59,759 nt of DNA from Planctomycetaceae bacterium UBA6894 (GCA_002451275.1 DKBS01000028.1:1-59759), one strand, 5' to 3'; positions 19,190 through 27,924 are shown, numbered from the stretch's first letter. Program-made: numbers and translations. Notes: generated by a model not told the origin, from the letters alone.

Positions 19190-20440
19190 TCACCGGGCGG
19201 TTTGTTCCACCAGGTCGATGGCGATTTGCAAGGACTCCTGGGGGGTTACACGGGCCATTAGGCCCCGGGCTGCGGCCAGTAGGGAGGGTTGGCCCAACAG
19301 GCGAGCCATATGGCGACCCAATCGCCTGCGGGTGGCCCACCGCGGGGTCAGGTAATCACCCACCCCCAGCCAGCGTACCCGGTGCGCGTTGTCGTGCTGG
19401 TCGTGCGCGAAGGGGATGACCAACTGGGGAACGCCAGCCGCCAGGGCCCGGGCCAGCGTGCCCACGCCACCGTGGTGCGCCAGCAGGGCCGCCCGGGGGA
19501 GAAGTTGGCCCATCGGCGCCCATGTGGCGTGGAAGGCGTGCGGCGGCAGCGGGAGGGGCACCTGATCGGCATCCTTGGAGAGCAGAACCAGTCTGGCCCC
19601 GATATCGGCGGTGGCCTGGACGAAACGCTCCAACAGCCAGCGGGCCTGACGCATGGCGCTGCCAAAGGTGGCCACCACGGGGGGCGGGCCCGCCTCGACA
19701 AATTTCCAGAGCGCATCCAGGTCCGAAGAAGGTTGTTCATCATCGTGCTGAAGGAAGCCGACATGGCGGGCCTGCGCGGGCAGGGTGGGTATGGGACCGA
19801 ACCAATCGGGGAAACAAAGGAGGACCCGGTCGGGCGAGTTCCACCACCCCTCGAGGTAACGGCGGACCGGCGGCAGGCCGCTTTCGGCGCGCAGGGTTTC
19901 GACGGCGCCACCGATGAGCGGATCGGCGATGCGATCGACCAGGCGGTAGGCCATGCGGGGCGCAATGCGGAGCAGCGTGTTGGGCAGCCACCCACCAGGC
20001 ACCCGGGGCGGATGCTGGGAGCAGCGAAGCACGAGGGGCGCAAGGTGCATGGTGACCATAGGCACGCCGGTCTCCTCCTGGGCAACGCGGGCACCAAAGC
20101 CCAGGGAGGAGGCGACCACCACCCGGCTGCCGGTCCCGCGGGCAAACTGGCGGGCCAGGTCACGCTGGTTGCGCACCATGTTCATGGCCTGGAAATCAGC
20201 CAGGATGGTGCGCGTTCCCTTGCGGGGATGCCAGAGGTTGGGGTCCCGGGTGATGCGGTCGTAATGTTCGCGGGTGCCCAACGGTTCAAAGGTCAGGCCG
20301 GCACGGAGCACCTGCTGCTCGAAGGTGGGATTGGCGCACAGGCTGACCTGCCAACCCCGGGCGGCCAAGCCCTTGCCCAGGGCGATGAACGGGAAAACAT
20401 CGCCGGCACTGCCGACACCGAAGAGAAGGGCACTTTTCAT
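19190..20440 (-). CDS. GT1-family glycosyltransferase (MGT/UGT-like, GT28 N-terminal type)
   Basis: N-terminal 'GSAGDVFPFIALGKGLAARGW' and a C-terminal nucleotide-sugar motif 'HHGGVGTLARALAAGVPQLVIPFAHDQHDNA'. Confidence 0.8.
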   Translation of the reverse strand: MKSALLFGVGSAGDVFPFIALGKGLAARGWQVSLCANPTFEQQVLRAGLTFEPLGTREHYDRITRDPNLWHPRKGTRTILADFQAMNMVRNQRDLARQFARGTGSRVVVASSLGFGARVAQEETGVPMVTMHLAPLVLRCSQHPPRVPGGWLPNTLLRIAPRMAYRLVDRIADPLIGGAVETLRAESGLPPVRRYLEGWWNSPDRVLLCFPDWFGPIPTLPAQARHVGFLQHDDEQPSSDLDALWKFVEAGPPPVVATFGSAMRQARWLLERFVQATADIGARLVLLSKDADQVPLPLPPHAFHATWAPMGQLLPRAALLAHHGGVGTLARALAAGVPQLVIPFAHDQHDNAHRVRWLGVGDYLTPRWATRRRLGRHMARLLGQPSLLAAARGLMARVTPQESLQIAIDLVEQTAR

Positions 20441-20584
20441 ACACCGCCACCAGTCACCAAGGGTTTGGGTCTTATCCTACGAACCTTCTGGCAGAGAATA
20501 TTCCGGCTCAGCCCCACCCCTTCCCACCCTGGCGATGATGATAAGCTGTTGAAAACCGGGAAAGGCACTCACGGAGACAGCACC

Positions 20585-22474
20585 ATGGCCTGCATGCGGG
20601 GTTGGCTGGTTTTGGCATTGGGTCTGGGAGCGGGCGGCCTGGCCATGGGACAGGTGGCACCGGCACCGACGGATGCCGCCAAGGCCGCAACCGATTCGGT
20701 TAAGGCCAGCTACACGAAGTACGAGTACCAGATCCCAATGCGGGACGGGGTGAAACTGTTCACCGCAGTGTATGTGCCCAAGGATGAATCACAGGCCTAC
20801 CCGATCTTGCTGAACCGCACGCCCTACAGCGTGTCGCCCTACGGCGTGGACAACTACCGCGAGAAACTGGGGCCCTCGGACCTGTTCCAGAAATCGGGCT
20901 ACATCTTCGTGTACCAAGATGTGCGCGGGCGATGGATGTCGGAAGGCACTTTTTTGAATGTGCGGCCGCACCTGCCCAACAAGGGCCCCAAGGACTTTGA
21001 TGAAAGCACCGACACTTTCGACACCATCGAGTTCCTGCTGAAGACCGTTAAGGGGCACAACGGTCGTGTGGGGCAGAGCGGCATCTCCTACCCCGGATTC
21101 AACACCGCCGCCGGCATGATCGACGCGCACCCCGCGCTGAAGGCGTGCAGCCCGCAGGCTCCGGTGATCGACTGGTTCACGGGGGACGACTTCCACCACA
21201 ACGGCTGCTTCTTTTTGGCCCATGCCTTCAACTTCATGTCCGGCTTTGGCAAGGAGCGCCCGCAGCCCACGCGCACCTTCGGCCGGGTTTCCCACGACCA
21301 CCAAACACCCGATGGCTACCAATTTTTCCTGGACATGGGCCCGCTGGTCAACGCCGACAAGAAATACCTGAAGGGCACCATCTCGTTCTGGAACGAGATG
21401 ATGAAGCACGGCACCTACGACGAGTTCTGGCAGGCGATGAACCTGGCGCCGCACCTGAAGAACATCAAGCCGGCGGTGCTGAATGTGGGTGGCTTTTTCG
21501 ACGCGGAAAACCTGTACGGCCCCCTGGCCTGCTACCGTTCGGCGGAGAGGCAGAGCCCGGGGGCCAGCAACCGGCTGGTGATGGGCCCCTGGGACCACGG
21601 CGGCTGGTCACGCGGCACCGGCGAGGGCCTGGGCAACGCCCGTTTCGGCAGCAAAACCTCGGAATATTACCGCGAGAAGATCGAATTCCCGTTCTTCGAG
21701 TTCCACCTGAAGGGGAAGGGCAAGGACGACCTTCCAGAGGCCATGGTTTTTGAAACAGGGACCAATGTGTGGCGGCGCTACGACGCCTGGCCTCCCGCCG
21801 ACAGCCGTGAGCAGAAACTGTTCCTGCTGGAGAAAGGCGCCCTGGGAATGCAGCCAGCCGAGGCCGCCGGATCGGACAGCTACATTTCCGACCCGGCCAA
21901 GCCGGTGCCCCACATCGAGAAAACCACCACCAAGATGGACTACGACTACATGACGGCCGACCAGCGGCACGCCGCGCGCCGTCCGGATGTGCTGGTGTAC
22001 CAGACCCCCGTGCTGACCCAGGACCTCACCCTGGTGGGTCCGGTCACCGTGGACCTGCAGGTGAGCACCACCGGTACCGACGCCGACTGGGTGGTGAAGC
22101 TGGTGGATGTTTTCCCGGCCGACTACCCCGATTACGAGCCCAATCCGGCAGGGGTGAAAATGGGCGGGTACCAGATGCTGATCCGTGGCGAGCCGTTCCG
22201 CGGCAAGTTCCGCAACAGCTTCAGCAAGCCCGAACCGTTCGAGCCAGGCAAGGTGACCCGGGTACGTTTCACGATGCCGGATGTGAACCACACCTTCCGC
22301 CCCGGGCACCGCCTGATGGTGCAGGTGCAGTCCTCCTGGTTCCCGCTGGTGGACCGCAACCCGCAGAAGTTCTGCGACATCTACTCCGCCACCGAGGAAG
22401 ATTTCAGCCGTCAGACGCACCAGGTGCATCGCGGGCCTGAGACCCCAAGCTTCATCACGGTGCGGGTGAAATGA
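20585..22474 (+). CDS. CocE/NonD-family hydrolase (S15 X-Pro dipeptidyl-peptidase-like), secreted
   Basis: Only the distal 629 aa of the 1061-aa track ORF is credible. The ATG at 20585 opens a signal peptide 'MACMRGWLVLALGLGAGGLAMGQ', followed by 'YPILLNRTPYS' and 'GQSGISYPGF' (nucleophile Ser). The upstream part of the track ORF is antisense to the GT1 gene. Confidence 0.85.
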   Translation: MACMRGWLVLALGLGAGGLAMGQVAPAPTDAAKAATDSVKASYTKYEYQIPMRDGVKLFTAVYVPKDESQAYPILLNRTPYSVSPYGVDNYREKLGPSDLFQKSGYIFVYQDVRGRWMSEGTFLNVRPHLPNKGPKDFDESTDTFDTIEFLLKTVKGHNGRVGQSGISYPGFNTAAGMIDAHPALKACSPQAPVIDWFTGDDFHHNGCFFLAHAFNFMSGFGKERPQPTRTFGRVSHDHQTPDGYQFFLDMGPLVNADKKYLKGTISFWNEMMKHGTYDEFWQAMNLAPHLKNIKPAVLNVGGFFDAENLYGPLACYRSAERQSPGASNRLVMGPWDHGGWSRGTGEGLGNARFGSKTSEYYREKIEFPFFEFHLKGKGKDDLPEAMVFETGTNVWRRYDAWPPADSREQKLFLLEKGALGMQPAEAAGSDSYISDPAKPVPHIEKTTTKMDYDYMTADQRHAARRPDVLVYQTPVLTQDLTLVGPVTVDLQVSTTGTDADWVVKLVDVFPADYPDYEPNPAGVKMGGYQMLIRGEPFRGKFRNSFSKPEPFEPGKVTRVRFTMPDVNHTFRPGHRLMVQVQSSWFPLVDRNPQKFCDIYSATEEDFSRQTHQVHRGPETPSFITVRVK

Positions 22475-22487
22475 CGGGAGGCCGAGC

Positions 22488-23513
22488 ATGCGCGCAGCGA
22501 CGGTATGTCTGCTGGTTCTCGCTTTCACCGGAGTCTCCACGGGCATGGAGCCGGAGCCCTGGCTGACTCCCAAGGCTTTGAAGCCCGGTGACACCATCGC
22601 CGTGATCGCACCGGCAGCGCCCGCCACCCATCCCGAATTTGCGGCCTATGTGAAGCTGATGGAGGGGAAGGGGTACCAGGTGATCAGCAAGCCGGGGCTG
22701 GTGGGGCGCAAGGACCACTACCTGGGCGGAACCGATGACGAGCGGGCCGGGGAGATCAACGAGTACCTGCGCGACCCGCGGGTGCGCATGATCATGCCGG
22801 TGCGGGGAGGCTACGGGGTCTCACGCATCCTGGACCGGATCGACTACGCGGCCCTGCGCCGGGACCCCAAGATCATTGCCGGCTATTCCGACCTGACAGC
22901 GCTGCATCTGGGCGCTGCCCGGCACGCGCGGGTGGTCACCTTCCATTCCCCCATGGCGATGCGCGACCTGTGGCGCGAGCAGGAACCCGCCTACGCCTTT
23001 GCGGCCCGGTCGTTTCGGCGGGCGGTGTTCGCCGAGCAGTACCGCATCGGGGAGCGCGGCTTTGTGGTGGAAGGGCCGGAGGGGCATCAAGCGAAAGCGC
23101 TGGTGGGCGGCAAGGCGACCGGCAGGCTTCTGGGAGGCAACCTGAGCCTGGTAGTGACCCTGATGGGAACACCCCACGCCCTGGAACCCAAGGGAGCCAT
23201 CCTTTTCCTGGAGGATGTGAGCGAGCCGGCCTACCGTATCGACCGCTACCTGTCGCAGCTCCGGTTGGGCGGGGTGCTGGACCAAGTGGCCGGTGTGGTG
23301 CTGGGCTCGTTCACCACGAAGGACGAAAAAGAGGAAAAGGATACCGACCGGGTCTTGAAAGACTATTTCGGCAAACTGAAGGTTCCGGTGGTGACGCGCT
23401 ACCCCGTGGGACACACCCCCCAAAACGCCACACTGCCCCACGGGGCGCTGGTGGAACTGGATGCCGACAGGGGAACGCTGAAGGTGCTGGAAAACCCAGT
23501 GCGGGTGGACTGA
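22488..23513 (+). CDS. ldcA: LD-carboxypeptidase (muramoyl-tetrapeptide carboxypeptidase, S66)
   Basis: 'GDTIAVIAPA', 'IMPVRGGYG', 'GYSDLTALH' and 'GHT' near the C-terminus. A GGAGG lies upstream of the ATG. Confidence 0.85.
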   Translation: MRAATVCLLVLAFTGVSTGMEPEPWLTPKALKPGDTIAVIAPAAPATHPEFAAYVKLMEGKGYQVISKPGLVGRKDHYLGGTDDERAGEINEYLRDPRVRMIMPVRGGYGVSRILDRIDYAALRRDPKIIAGYSDLTALHLGAARHARVVTFHSPMAMRDLWREQEPAYAFAARSFRRAVFAEQYRIGERGFVVEGPEGHQAKALVGGKATGRLLGGNLSLVVTLMGTPHALEPKGAILFLEDVSEPAYRIDRYLSQLRLGGVLDQVAGVVLGSFTTKDEKEEKDTDRVLKDYFGKLKVPVVTRYPVGHTPQNATLPHGALVELDADRGTLKVLENPVRVD

Positions 23514-23552
23514 AGGGGGTGGCGGGAACTTCTTCCCGGCGGCTGGCAAAAT

Positions 23553-23570
23553 TTACACGACATCGTGTAA
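23553..23570. promoter_or_regulatory. Perfect inverted repeat TTACACGA-CA-TCGTGTAA (candidate operator)
   Basis: 8-bp arms that are exact reverse complements, with a 2-bp spacer. It lies in a visibly A/T-richer intergenic stretch (aaatttacacgacatcgtgtaagactttcccaaataaagatttatgg). Confidence 0.35.
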
Positions 23571-23860
23571 GACTTTCCCAAATAAAGATTTATGGCAATT
23601 GACCTTTCCCTGAACAGGGCCCGCACCTATAGCGCCGCCCGTGCTTGGGGATTGGCAGCCATGGACGGCAGCCGGCCCCGGGCACATCGCCCAAAATCCC
23701 TTGGAGAGTCGCAAGGATGCCGACCCTTCCAGCCTCGTGGTTTCGTTGGCTGATGGCACTGCTGCCGTGCTATGTGTGGATCGCCGCGTCACCGCCTCGT
23801 GCCGGTGCGGGTTGAACACCAGCGGGTTGCCCGCCCACCTTTGCCGGCAGTTTGCCGGTC

Positions 23861-24388
23861 ATGATGCCCAGCCAGTTTCAGGCCATGCCCCAGGTGTATG
23901 CAGCGCCGCCGCCCGCTCAGTGGGCACAGCAGCAGCAGCCGATGTACCGGGCCCCTGCCGCCCAGTATCCCGCCCCGTCGCCGCGGATCGCCAGCGCGGT
24001 GCCGCAGCAACCGGCCCAGCCGCGAATCACGGCCCGCGGAGCGATGCCGGACGAGGCACCCGCCCGTGCCCGGATTGAACTGCCAGCCCCGGAAGCTTTC
24101 GGGCTGAAAGCCGCTCCCGATGCGGGGACCAGTCTGGTGGGGAACACACTCGCCAATCAAACCATCCAGATCACGGCTGTGAACTGGACAATGGTGCGCG
24201 AGGAACTGCATCGGCTGGGAGCCAAGAGCTTCCATGTGGAGCAGCTGAATGATGGGCGGCATCGATTTGCCTGCAAAGTAGCCAAGACCACTGGGCAGAT
24301 GGATTTGGTGGAAGTGTTTGGACGGACGGAGGAAGAAGCGGTTCGCTCCGGCCTGGAAAGGGCGAACGCCCTTCGTTACGGATCGTAA
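23861..24388 (+). CDS. Hypothetical Pro/Gln-rich protein upstream of mraZ
   Basis: ORF with a low-complexity N-terminal half (PPPAQWAQQQQPMYRAPAAQYPAPSP) and a more globular C-terminal ~90 aa. The start is ambiguous (TTG at 23852 or ATG at 23861). I recognised no family. Confidence 0.5.
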   Translation: MMPSQFQAMPQVYAAPPPAQWAQQQQPMYRAPAAQYPAPSPRIASAVPQQPAQPRITARGAMPDEAPARARIELPAPEAFGLKAAPDAGTSLVGNTLANQTIQITAVNWTMVREELHRLGAKSFHVEQLNDGRHRFACKVAKTTGQMDLVEVFGRTEEEAVRSGLERANALRYGS

Positions 24389-24509
24389 GTCTCTGAGCAA
24401 TCAGAGCTTTCGGGGGGAGCCCCGGTCGTCCCAATGGACGGCCGGGGCATTTTTGTTGGGTGACCCCGGTGGGGCTGGTTGCCAAACTGCTGGCGGGATT
24501 GATAAGCTG

Positions 24510-24544
24510 GTGGAGCCCAGTGGGGCCAAGTGGGTAATTGTGGG
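24510..24544 (+). promoter_or_regulatory. MraZ operator: four direct GTGG(A/G) repeats at exact 10-bp phasing
   Basis: GTGGA at 24510, then GTGGG at 24520, 24530 and 24540 (gtggagcccaGTGGGgccaaGTGGGtaattGTGGGcagg). The array lies about 50 nt upstream of the mraZ start. This matches the known architecture of MraZ-binding repeats, which are GTGGG-type boxes with 5-nt spacers. Confidence 0.65.
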
Positions 24545-24593
24545 CAGGATTGGCCCTGAAAGGTGGTCCGGAGGGACCTGCGGGGTCATTCCG

Positions 24594-25034
24594 GTGCTGC
24601 TGACAGGAACCCATCGCCGCACGCTGGACGAGAAGAAGCGCCTGACGCTGCCCAAAAAGGTGCGCGAGGTGTTGGGTGAGCCGGGCGTTTTGTATGTGGC
24701 CCCCGGGCCTGACAAGTGCCTGTGGGTGCACACCGAGCAGGAGCTGGAAAGGCTGGCATCTCGCCTGGATGAGCGACCGGCCACCGATGCCGAGGCCCGG
24801 CTGTTCCGACGGCTGTACTTCGGCCAGACGGAACTGGTGGAGGTGGACAAGGCGGGCCGAATTCTGGTGCCGGACCGGTTGGCCCAAGTGGCTGGCCTGA
24901 CGGGTGAGGTGGTGCTGCTAGGCGTGCGGGATCACCTGGAATTGTGGGATGCGGGCCACTGGGACCGCTACCGAACGGAACAGGAACCGCGATTTGACGC
25001 GGTGGCACAAGGAGCTTTTGAGCCCAAGGCGTGA
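24594..25034 (+). CDS. mraZ: Transcriptional regulator MraZ
   Basis: 146 aa from a GTG start. It contains two SpoVT/AbrB-type repeats, 'LDEKKRLTLPKKVREVLG' and 'VDKAGRILVPDRLAQVAGL...VVLLGVRDHLELWD'. The N-terminus aligns with the canonical MFxGxxxxxLDxKGR. The upstream part of the 238-aa track ORF is not MraZ-like. Confidence 0.85.
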   Translation: MLLTGTHRRTLDEKKRLTLPKKVREVLGEPGVLYVAPGPDKCLWVHTEQELERLASRLDERPATDAEARLFRRLYFGQTELVEVDKAGRILVPDRLAQVAGLTGEVVLLGVRDHLELWDAGHWDRYRTEQEPRFDAVAQGAFEPKA

Positions 25035-25155
25035 GACAACGGGGTGCCAAAGCCCCAACGCATTGCGCGTGAGGTGCCCGGGTGAGCAGACCCGGGTCAT
25101 CTGCTGGTGAAAGGGCGGGTTTCCCAGCCATCGCCCTTTTTCCCATGCGCACCCG

Positions 25156-25198
25156 ACAGCCCTCCGGCGGGCCGAGCCCCGGGGGGCTGTCTTTTTTT
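25156..25198 (+). terminator. Intrinsic terminator/attenuator-like hairpin in the mraZ-rsmH spacer
   Basis: The outer stem acagccc / gggctgt encloses a further G/C-rich paired segment and is followed by c and then 7 T (25192-25198). Confidence 0.55.
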
Positions 25199-25291
25199 GC
25201 CCAAAGCGCCCATCCTTCCAGATCAGGCTAGCCTTTTTTTCTGCAACCGGCGGGCGGTACCATTCCCGCCCTTGGCGCCGTATCACTCCCG

Positions 25292-26287
25292 TTGGAGTGG
25301 TCTGCCACCGGGAGAGGTACACAATTGGGTTCACCTGATCACGCCAGCGATGATGACCTGGAAGCGCTTGCTGAAAGCCTTGGCTCCTCAGGAGTTGGGG
25401 CGGGCAAACAGCATGTGCCGGTTTTGCCTTCCGAAGTGTTGGAAGGGCTGAATCCCCAGCCCGGGCAGATTCTGGTGGACCTGACCCTGGGCGGAGGTGG
25501 GCACAGCCGTCTTTTGGCGGAACGGGTGGGGCCCACGGGAAAAGTCTATGCGTTTGACTGCGACCCCCATCAGGTGGAGAAAGCGCGGCAGCGACTGGCC
25601 GGGCTGCCGGTGGAGTGCTTCCACGCGCGCTACGACCAGGCTGGAGAGATCTTGCGGCGATTGGGTGTGAAAGCCCATGGGATTCTGGCAGATCTGGGTA
25701 TTTGTTCGGAGCAATTGGATGATCCCGGGCGCGGATTGGCGTTTCGCCATGAAGGGCCGTTGGATATGCGGTTGGATCCGAGCCGGGGTGAACCGGCCTG
25801 GAAATTGCTTGAACGGTTGGATGAGAACGACCTGACGCGGGCCCTGTTGCGTTACGGCGAGGAGAAGCAGGCGCGCAGGATCGTGCGGAAGATTGTTGAG
25901 GCCCGGAAGGAAGACCTGCCCTGGACCACCACGCGGCTGGCGGAGCTGGTGCGTTCTTGCCTGCCGCCGCGCGGGGTTGTGGGGAAGATCGACCCGGCCA
26001 CCCGGACCTTCCAGGGGTTGCGGATTCTGGTGAACGACGAGTTGGCGGTGCTGGAGGACATGTTGCGGCAGTTGCCCGGCTGGCTGGTACCGGGCGGGTT
26101 GGCGGCGATCATCAGCTTCCATTCGCTGGAGGACCGGCTGGTGAAACAGGCGTTCGCACGGGGCGAGCTGTGGGAACGGGTGACACGCAAGCCAGTGATT
26201 GCCGGCGAGGACGAGGTGAAGGCGAACCCGCGCTCGCGCAGCGCAAAGCTGCGGGTGGCGCGACTGGCAAGCGGACAAGGGCATTAG
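25292..26287 (+). CDS. rsmH: 16S rRNA (cytosine1402-N4)-methyltransferase RsmH (MraW)
   Basis: 'HVPVLPSEVLEGL', 'VDLTLGGGGHS', 'DLGICSEQLDDPGRGLAFRHEGPLDMRLD' and 'ISFHSLEDRLVK'. The start codon is uncertain: there is a TTG at 25292 and no in-frame ATG before the conserved HVPVL. Confidence 0.85.
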   Translation: MEWSATGRGTQLGSPDHASDDDLEALAESLGSSGVGAGKQHVPVLPSEVLEGLNPQPGQILVDLTLGGGGHSRLLAERVGPTGKVYAFDCDPHQVEKARQRLAGLPVECFHARYDQAGEILRRLGVKAHGILADLGICSEQLDDPGRGLAFRHEGPLDMRLDPSRGEPAWKLLERLDENDLTRALLRYGEEKQARRIVRKIVEARKEDLPWTTTRLAELVRSCLPPRGVVGKIDPATRTFQGLRILVNDELAVLEDMLRQLPGWLVPGGLAAIISFHSLEDRLVKQAFARGELWERVTRKPVIAGEDEVKANPRSRSAKLRVARLASGQGH

Positions 26288-26355
26288 CGATCCCCAAGGA
26301 CGGGGAACGGACGGAGACAACGGGAAGGCCCTGAAACGGATTTCAAGGAGCGGCC

Positions 26356-27924
26356 ATGAAAACAACTGAGACGGGCATGTTTTCCAAGGGCGAGTCCAAC
26401 CGCCGTATGGGTTTATACCTAGGGATAGGGCTGGCAGGCGCGGCCGGCCTTGGGTTGGGAATGGCCTGTAAAACAGCGTGGCAACGGCTGTCAACCAACC
26501 CAGCGACGCCAGTCAGCATGACGACAGGCGTGGCCGACAGAGCCCAGAAGACCACCGGGTCTGAACCCACGCCGATGGACAAGTCGATCCTTCAGGAAGC
26601 CTTTGTCGAGGCCTTCGGCCCTCCCGCCGGACTGCCTCCCGGACTGGCACAAGCTGCAACCGAATTGCCTGCCCAGGAAATTCCCTCCTTCAACCTTGCC
26701 CAGGCGCAGGTGCCCGCCCAGGAAAGCGTGCCGGCTACCAATCTAGACGTCCGATTCAACACCCAGGATTTTCCGATCCCTTTGCCCCCGGCTCCCCAAA
26801 TGTTCCGCCATATCGGCCCCGACGGGCTGGAACGGATCGGGATTGATTTTGAAAACAGCCAGCAAGCCCAGAACACACCCATTCAAATCATCAGAAGGTT
26901 CAGGCATGGGGAACAGGCAAAAGTCTGGGCAGTAGCCCAAAATATGGACAAAAACGACCTGGATAAACTAAATAAATGGGCCGGATATCCGGCAATCAGG
27001 CCTCTTATCCAAGACGCTTGCAGCGATGGCTCGACAACCGCCCTTCTGGAAATGGACGAGCAAATTTGCCAGGTTTTAGGCAGTATCCTCATCCAACGGC
27101 GGGGTGCTGACGGCTTGGCACGGATCGGCGTGGATACGGACCGTTTGGGTCTGGATTTCACCGTGATGATCCCCACTAAGAGGAAAGCGCCCAAACCGGG
27201 CAACAAAAACAGCCAGATCGCACAAGCCGTGGCACAGCCCGGCCATTTTGCCGGTTTGATCCAACAGGCCGGGTTTTTTATCCCGGCAGGTGAAACCACC
27301 ACCAACGATGGCAAGCAGTCCGGTGGCGGCGCCGGGGGAATGGCCAAGGTCGGTCCAGCGTCCCCCATGGGTCTGGAAAAGGGCACGCTGGGTTCGCAAG
27401 AACCGGAACCGCTAATCGGCTCCTTCACCACGGAGTTTGAGGACGGCTACCTGAAACTGCCCGAGGAACTGGCAGGCTGGGTGGTGGAAGGGAAAATCTT
27501 CATCACCCCGGGACCGGATGGCGGCTTGCGCATGGCACCGCTGGAAGATCTGGAAACCATGTTCAGCAACGAGAACGATCCGCAGGCCAACCGCGCGGAC
27601 AACGGCGACATTTCCGCCAAGGAATCCGGGCCCAGCATCCAGTCGCTCCGACGCAACATGCGGCGCTTCTACGGATTGATGACAGCCTGCACCCCCGAGG
27701 AGGACGAGGAGGGCGGCTTGTGGATTCCGCTGGGTGACCAACTGGCCAAGCAGGCCGGCCTTAAGGGCGAGGTGGTGATCGTGGGCATGCGCACCCACGC
27801 TGAGATCTGGTCCAAGGAAGGCTGGGAGGCTGAGCTGGCCACACCCAAGGTGCCAGCGCCACCCAAACAACTGGAACTGCAGAAAGTGGAGAGCCGGACT
27901 AAGACCGCCACTCCGGGCAAGTGA
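26356..27924 (+). CDS. Protein with a hydrophobic N-terminal segment and a C-terminal MraZ-like (double SpoVT/AbrB-type) module; no known function
   Basis: ATG preceded by AAGGAG (26345-26350). One hydrophobic segment, 'GLYLGIGLAGAAGLGLGMA', lies near the N-terminus. The C-terminal ~150 aa aligns by eye to the adjacent MraZ: 'IGSFTTEFEDGYLKLPEELAGW..IFITPGPDGGL' against 'LTGTHRRTLDEKKRLTLPKKVREV..LYVAPGPDKCL', and 'GGLWIPLGDQLAKQAGLKGEVVIVGMRTHAEIWSKEGW' against 'GRILVPDRLAQVAGLTGEVVLLGVRDHLELWDAGHW'. Confidence 0.7.
   Translation: MKTTETGMFSKGESNRRMGLYLGIGLAGAAGLGLGMACKTAWQRLSTNPATPVSMTTGVADRAQKTTGSEPTPMDKSILQEAFVEAFGPPAGLPPGLAQAATELPAQEIPSFNLAQAQVPAQESVPATNLDVRFNTQDFPIPLPPAPQMFRHIGPDGLERIGIDFENSQQAQNTPIQIIRRFRHGEQAKVWAVAQNMDKNDLDKLNKWAGYPAIRPLIQDACSDGSTTALLEMDEQICQVLGSILIQRRGADGLARIGVDTDRLGLDFTVMIPTKRKAPKPGNKNSQIAQAVAQPGHFAGLIQQAGFFIPAGETTTNDGKQSGGGAGGMAKVGPASPMGLEKGTLGSQEPEPLIGSFTTEFEDGYLKLPEELAGWVVEGKIFITPGPDGGLRMAPLEDLETMFSNENDPQANRADNGDISAKESGPSIQSLRRNMRRFYGLMTACTPEEDEEGGLWIPLGDQLAKQAGLKGEVVIVGMRTHAEIWSKEGWEAELATPKVPAPPKQLELQKVESRTKTATPGK

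Noticed and set aside
19289-20584. N-terminal 432 aa of the 1061-aa track ORF that precedes the S15 peptidase
   Set aside because: This part is antisense to the well-supported GT1 gene and has no family features. The peptidase has its own ATG and signal peptide at 20585.
23524-23539. Hairpin cgggaa-cttc-ttcccg just after ldcA as a terminator
   Set aside because: The stem is only 6 bp and there is no downstream T-tract, so this is weak evidence.
23717-23815. 32-codon ORF 'MPTLPASWFRWLMALLPCYVWIAASPPRAGAG' with a GGAGAG 8 nt upstream, which could be a small membrane peptide or leader ahead of the Pro/Gln-rich ORF
   Set aside because: It is too short to support from sequence alone and I could not assess conservation. 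I record it only as a possibility.
25228-25242. ggctagcc palindrome followed by T7 as a second terminator in the mraZ-rsmH spacer
   Set aside because: An 8-nt self-complementary sequence with no loop cannot form a stable hairpin. Only the T-run is notable.
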